A stretch of 24,216 bases of DNA. It comes from Candidatus Poribacteria bacterium (GTDB lineage: Bacteria > Poribacteria > WGA-4E > UBA9662). The notes below the pieces were generated by a model. That model was not told the origin of the DNA. It saw nothing but the letters and a program-made list of their open reading frames with translations, and did not search any database. The number at the start of each line of letters is the position of its first letter. The first letter of the stretch is position 1. Below are positions 20,501-24,216 of this stretch, in pieces. Position numbers and translations under genes: made by a program. The DNA lies in contig JAYZAL010000081.1 in NCBI GenBank assembly GCA_036339735.1, positions 1 to 24,216 on the forward strand. The letters are read 5' to 3'.

Positions 20501-21267
20501 TGGCAACTGATGTCGCAGGTAACACTGGTAGCCAAACTGTAGAGGTGGAAATTCCTGCTGCTGTACAGACCCGGAAAGGTGGCAAGATTTTTCCTGTTGA
20601 TCAACGTACTCAGCTGTACTTTCCTCCGAATACGCTAACTGAAGATGCAATTATTACTGTTAATATTTTACCCGAGCAGGAAGTAGATCTTCCTCTACTT
20701 CGTTTAAGTTTGGTGTATGACTTTATTCCTAATGATCTCCAGCTAAACCCGATGAAGCCTGCAACCCTGATTCTTTATTATGATCAACAACAACTTCCCG
20801 TTGGCAAGCAACCGGTCATTTACCACCGCAATGGTGGAGCTTGGAAAATAGTTGGTGGCACTCCGGACCCCGAACAACAAACTATCACCACTGTGGTTTC
20901 ATCGCTGGGACAATACGCAGTCGTCGGGGCCGACCAAACTCCGGCCACAGATTCAGCCAGTTTAGTTCCTGAATCATTGATTTGCCAACCTCGAGTTTTT
21001 TCACCCCAAGGTAACACTTTCAGTGCTAATACTACGATTTCTTTTGTCTTAGATCAATCAGCCAGCGTGAGCATTAAAATCTATAGTATTGGTGGTCAAT
21101 TAGTTCGGTGGCTGGCAGATGGGACAACATTTGGGCGAGGGAGACAAGCTCTCAGTTGGAATGGACGAGATAATAATCAAGAAATAGTGCCTACAGGTTT
21201 GTATATTGTGGTGGTGGCTGTGGACAATCAAATCCAAAACAAAGTAATCAACATTTGGAACCATTAA
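17560..21267 (+). CDS. Large secreted protein: two-component-regulator-type beta-propeller repeats, Y_Y_Y/Ig-like domains and C-terminal FlgD-Ig (T9SS-CTD-like) domain
   Basis: Signal peptide MKFYLCTLIILSCLTFSYS; repeated DGL/M..V..I..D..G.IW.AT..GL blades; LPDGQHRFSVRAID; DNTLPTVEILTP; C-terminal PRVFSP..IKIYSIGGQLVRWL..WNGRD..VPTGLYIV. Start placed at ATG 17560. Confidence 0.88.
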   Translation: MKFYLCTLIILSCLTFSYSQDEWRQFTTRDGMSGDNILSIQQSKSGDIWIATDKGLDRFAGTFENYITSAKKFSHLDLFESSTGQLIVNVVDHINDWTTTRTVYFFDGQEWDDPDFNKNVRVSTLPEFAVAFDEKIWLATFQGLLGFDGQNWQLFDGMVGSIKGRIDWLVKTPDGRLWSANRHKGIISFDGTRWNVEFKDNFVIDHSSVNTAYADDRGHILIGTDEGLFRLDPTLNTVTNMGLGQTNISQIYQSKTGHLWVLTDKGLFRFGDNEWVEHLKTEDQTRVFSDILEQSNGEILVGTDNGLFSYNGSQWQQRLFVPVNCIYLLNDGILMVGSTSGLFVFSPDPVPKTALNGISVIDIHQAADGKIWLNSDQSISYFDGREWVHFTEGVNNSGARGRILSDGNGRVWFSRRNGLYVYDNQTIFQTLGSRQYDFMEASDGQIWSIGGGNLTSYDGTKWIDHKENWPDTGSPSWALAEDANGDVWVGGGVNPTDGLYRFDGQKWELVLTKAETGGGIETLFLSSDDTLWAGSWKGGIFKKDKNDDWVQVLEEGHICSFYESENGQLFAVVPSGGLLQWNGETWSRHLSFDKSISISIQSGVSFVEHPVGVYWLATTNSGLMRIEDDSWTFLTTADGLPSNKVYSVAKDSEGNIWAATEFGAYVIENRKHLHPPSIKISRIDDSEFRDSAYVTGRSFVSVTWISGDIQTSAERITYQYKSESLDSDQEPVSWSPLIRENTVTIGLPDGQHRFSVRAIDHHFNVSTVDSADIIVKTQTPYLSIKNLSSGDIISGDIYIKGQVKDDDFRSFQLFISDTDLTTTPILLDDSEKKGPYQLIFQSNVKPRTETLALFRTTKWNDGEYLLWLTAQDQTQHSSFVKLKIRTDNTLPTVEILTPENNQRVLNKITISGVASDFHLDGYRLDYTTDLSSNDWDQIYVENDLYQANKKNLLNPSELQPIEIQREWEIPIKEGTIWIRLLATDVAGNTGSQTVEVEIPAAVQTRKGGKIFPVDQRTQLYFPPNTLTEDAIITVNILPEQEVDLPLLRLSLVYDFIPNDLQLNPMKPATLILYYDQQQLPVGKQPVIYHRNGGAWKIVGGTPDPEQQTITTVVSSLGQYAVVGADQTPATDSASLVPESLICQPRVFSPQGNTFSANTTISFVLDQSASVSIKIYSIGGQLVRWLADGTTFGRGRQALSWNGRDNNQEIVPTGLYIVVVAVDNQIQNKVINIWNH

Positions 21268-21515
21268 TACTCACTTACCTGTTTAGTCTTCTGAAAAGGT
21301 TGTCACGGTTAATCCATCACTGTAAGAAATTTCTCGGGTTGTTTTACATATTTTTTGATGACCATAATTACCTTCTCCAAGTTCAACAAGCATTCTGGCC
21401 GAGGAAAGTTTAGTAGTATAGAGTTGGCCAATTTGGGTTTTGCTAATCCAGAAAACAGAATGAGAATGTTTACAAGTTTTTTCTCAAACAGGTTTAAATA
21501 ATAAACGTTCTATGA

Positions 21516-21710
21516 TTCATTCTAGCGGATCAGAGTAGTATTATTCGTAGCAATGCGATCAAAGTATTAGGAAATATTGGATCTAATGCTTTGATCGTAG
21601 TACCAGCATTAACTAAACTATTAGAAGATGAGTCTTGGATTGTTCCTGATTCGGCCGAAGTAGCATTGAGACAAACTAGTTCCGAGGATAAAGAAAGAGA
21701 CAAAACATAG
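21516..21710 (+). pseudogene. HEAT (PBS-lyase-like) repeat protein remnant
   Basis: Frame reads FILADQSSIIRSNAIKVLGNIGSNALIVVPALTKLLEDESWIVPDSAEVALRQ...*, preceded by an in-frame TGA (21513-21515); the nearby ATG 21512 is out of frame. Confidence 0.65.
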
Positions 21711-21900
21711 TTTATTAAAGTTCAATTAGAAAAAAAACAAAAACCTGAATGATCAAAAATAGAACTTAAGTTCTGGGTCAAATTTTTTACTACTGCCAGT
21801 TTGCCACTAGTTATCGGACGTTTATTTTGAGGCTTTTGACTGGGAATTTGGCAGTGTTAGTACAAGGGGTTGTGGTTGCAGGCTGCCAGTTGGATAGATA

Positions 21901-21928
21901 ATGTCCGATAAAAACCATTATCAGACAT
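21901..21928. other. dif/Xer-like tyrosine recombinase core site (11-6-11)
   Basis: ATGTCCGATAA-AAACCA-TTATCAGACAT; the inverted repeat extends to 14 bp (21898-21931) with one mismatch; TAA-N6-TTA architecture. Confidence 0.6.
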
Positions 21929-22158
21929 TATTCAAACCTCTGCGGTCCGTTTGAGACTATTTCAGCCTCAAATTAAAATCCAGCATAACAGCCGAATATT
22001 AGCCAAATAATTGGTTCTTAGACTCTAGATTAAACCCCTAAACCAATTAATTTGTTTCTGGATTGGCGATTCCAACTGGTTAGACAATTGGTCCATCCGA
22101 TCTCAATTCGGATCTTACCCAACTGGTAGACTGAAATTGCCGGTAAATTTTCGGTAAA

Positions 22159-22187
22159 TTGCCGCCAAAATTAAGGTATGATAGAAT
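22159..22187 (+). promoter_or_regulatory. sigma70-type promoter upstream of the FGE-sulfatase gene
   Basis: TTGCCG-17 bp-TAGAAT, with extended -10 TG at 22179-22180. Confidence 0.5.
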
Positions 22188-22263
22188 CCGCCCAATTTCT
22201 TTGGTTCAACCATACTAACTAATGATTGTCTTAACCCATCTCAAATAATAGCTGGAAACTAAA

Positions 22264-23248
22264 ATGAAGCAGATAAGCCCAATCTTATTGATCCTATTAT
22301 CAGTAATAACCAGTCAGGCCCAAGATAGTAATCGCCCGCCCGAAATAACCAATGTAGTAGCTCAACAGGTAGAGATTACTTATAACCTGTTAGACCGAGA
22401 TGGTGATTTGATGACGGTTAGCCTGCAAGTCTCATCTGATAGTGCTGGTAACTTTGACACAGAAGCCAGAAGCTTAACTGGTCAAATAGGTGAAGGCATT
22501 GACAGTGGTAGCTGGTGACAACGTGGGACCCAGAGCTGGATTTGTTCATCCTACTGACGGAGCTAGTATGGCACTGATACCGGCTGGTAGATTTGAGATG
22601 GGCGACCACTTAGATGGAATGAGTCGAGCCCTACCAGTCCATACGGTGTCCTTGGATGCCTTCTATATGGATGTACATCAAGTGACGGTGGGCCAATTCA
22701 AGCAGTTTGTCACTCAGAGTGGGTATAACTATAACAGGTGGAATGAGGTGGCCCAGGATTCGCCGGGCGATGACTATCCGATGGTCTATGTCAATTGGAA
22801 TGATGCCACCTCTTATGCCGCATGGGTGGGTAAAAGGCTACCAACTGAAGCCGAGTGGGAGTATGCGGCTCGAGGAGGTTTAGAGGGCCAACGTTATCCG
22901 TGGGGAAATGAGATAACACACGATAATGCTAACTATGGTGGCACAGGCGGTATTGACCATTGGGATAGATGTTCGCCGGTAGGCAGTTTTGCGGCTAACG
23001 GATATGGGTTGTATGATATGGTAGGTAATGCTTGGGAATGGTGTCAGGATTGGTATGATGAAAATTACTATAGTAGTTCACCAGTCAACAACCCACCCGG
23101 GCCGGACTCTAGTCCACAAGGATGGCGAGTCTTGCGCGGGGGCAATTGGGATAATCATGGCAAGTACTTACGTCTGGCTTACCGCTACGCCAATCCCAAT
23201 CATAGGAGCTACTACAGCGGGTTTCGTTGCGTGCTAGGATCTGATTAG
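22264..23248 (+). pseudogene. Secreted FGE-sulfatase/SUMF1 (CLec-fold) domain protein, split by a frameshift near 22505
   Basis: ORF 22264..22518 gives a signal peptide and the start of an Ig-like N-domain. ORF 22490..23248 (+1 frame) gives the full domain: IPAGRFEMG, VTVGQF, PMVYVNWNDA, RLPTEAEWEYAARGG, NGYGLYDMVGNAWEWCQD, RVLRGG.W, GFRCV. The domain alone might be translated from ATG 22568. Confidence 0.8.
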
Positions 23249-23353
23249 TACTGTGGCCACCTCGGGTGGAGGGGGTTTTACTATTGGCAAAGCCACGGCC
23301 TTTACTGTCCTATGTTGAAGAAGATTTGTTCAGTTGGAATACCGTGGTGATAA

Positions 23354-23853
23354 GTGGCTGATCAAAAACCAGTCAGAATAGAACTGAGAGATCGTGTTAT
23401 GGATTTGGATATTGAGTAGTCTAACCGTTTTAGGCTGGTCGGCCACGCCGTTCAGAGACGATCACCATTGATGTCAGGATGCGGCCTACCATTTTCCAGT
23501 ATCAGCCCGGCCCAAGGCACTACTTTAGGTGGGAGAGCTAACCACGGTGACGGTCACCTTGCAGAACTCGGAATCTATACCGGTCAGCGGTCAATCGGCC
23601 GAGATCAGCTTAGAGCCCGGCTGATCAAACCACTATCATTCAACCAACTGATTTAACCAATCGGCAGGGACAGACCACGGCCCAACTGCTGGTTAAGCAG
23701 TCGGGTTTAAAAATCATCAGCTCTAGATCAGGCGACTTGCAACTCTCAACCGCGGCCACTATCCTGTTTGAAGCTGGCCCACTGGATCAGATCCAACTAC
23801 AGGCCCAACCCAAACGAGTAAAACCGAAAGCAGCAGCCACTATTAAGTTTTAG
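23354..23853 (+). pseudogene. Fragmented Ig-repeat surface protein (signal peptide, IPT/TIG start, Big_1 invasin-type domain)
   Basis: Successive frames read IVLWIWILSSLTVLGWSATP / ETITIDVRMRPTI / SSISPAQGTTLGG / ELTTVTVTLQNSESIPVSGQSAEISLEP / ADQTTIIQPTDLTNRQGQTTAQLLVKQSGLKIISSRSGDLQLSTAATILFEAGPLDQIQLQAQP...*, with at least 4 frame changes. Confidence 0.65.
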
Positions 23854-23967
23854 TCTCATGCGTGGATTTTTCTTTTGAGGGAAGAAGCTGTTTTGAAAAC
23901 GATGAGCGTGTTTGACAGCTGGACATACAGTTATCATAACGTCGTATGTAGAAAAAATGGCTTAATA

Positions 23968-23995
23968 ATTTCCGATAAGGCTCATTCTCAGCCGT
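23968..23995. other. Second, degenerate dif/Xer-like site
   Basis: ATTTCCGATAA-GGCTCA-TTCTCAGCCGT; left arm plus flank is 13/14 identical to 21898-21911, right arm 8/11 identical. Confidence 0.4.
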
Positions 23996-24094
23996 TTTTA
24001 TATCTGACTTGGATTTGCGTCATTATGGCTAGTAGACAGTCAGTTCAAGCTGCTGAAAATCATGTTTCTTTGAAAAAAATCAAAATCAAAAATA

Positions 24095-24125
24095 AAAAAG
24101 GCACTCGGCAACGACGTAGAGTGCC
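24095..24125 (-). terminator. Rho-independent terminator of the incoming minus-strand gene
   Basis: Minus strand reads GGCACTC-12 nt loop-GAGTGCC followed by a T-run, about 20 nt after the stop at 24145. Confidence 0.75.
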
Positions 24126-24144
24126 CTGAATAGCGTAAGTGAAA

Positions 24145-24216
24145 TTAATTGTTAGTAGAAGTACTTCTGATCTGCCCCCAGGTGACGGTAAGTTTGTTGG
24201 TAGGCTCAACAGCTGT
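24145..24216 (-). CDS. 3' end of a secreted Poribacteria-type protein (enters from the right edge of the window)
   Basis: Reads ...TAVEPTNKLTVTWGQIRSTSTNN*, the same tail as the LamG proteins, and is followed by a terminator. Confidence 0.8.
   Translation of the reverse strand, partial: TAVEPTNKLTVTWGQIRSTSTNN

Noticed and set aside
600-21017. Numerous short ORFs nested in or antisense to long genes (e.g. 600-809, 3024-3375, 4372-4707, 9769-10417, 17835-21017)
   Set aside because: They overlap well-supported genes and show no recognisable motifs.
23468-24129. Track ORFs 23468..23656 and 23875..24129 as genuine genes
   Set aside because: The first only partly follows the Ig pseudogene frames; the second runs through the dif-like site and the opposite-strand terminator and has no recognisable features.
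1-24216. Complete DGR (RT, template repeat, avd), CRISPR array, tRNA/rRNA, integrase
   Set aside because: No RT motifs, no AAC-rich copy of the FGE 3' end, no regularly spaced repeats and no recombinase ORF seen on either strand.

Overview
AT-rich bacterial chromosomal window, most likely Candidatus Poribacteria. This is inferred from secreted LamG-type proteins and three C-terminal (A/P)V(E/H)xxxK(L/V)TxxW(G/S)x(I/L)(K/R) tails. Left to right it holds: a truncated fasciclin gene, two tandem LamG paralogues, a BACON/YVTN lipoprotein, a mandelate racemase-family enzyme, a clan GH-A-like hydrolase, a PhyH dioxygenase, a pirin-YceI/HxlR redox-stress module, a cupin, a MATE pump, a G-poor orphan gene remnant and a large propeller/Ig/FlgD secreted protein. 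The last ~3 kb is a decay zone containing a HEAT-repeat remnant, a frameshifted FGE-sulfatase (CLec-fold) gene whose 3' end resembles a diversity-generating retroelement (DGR) variable region, and a fragmented IPT/Big_1 surface-protein gene. Two directly oriented dif/Xer-like 11-6-11 sites (21901-21928 and 23968-23995) bracket the last two of these genes. No reverse transcriptase, template repeat, recombinase, tRNA, rRNA or CRISPR array was seen. All family assignments come from motif recognition by eye, not database searches.
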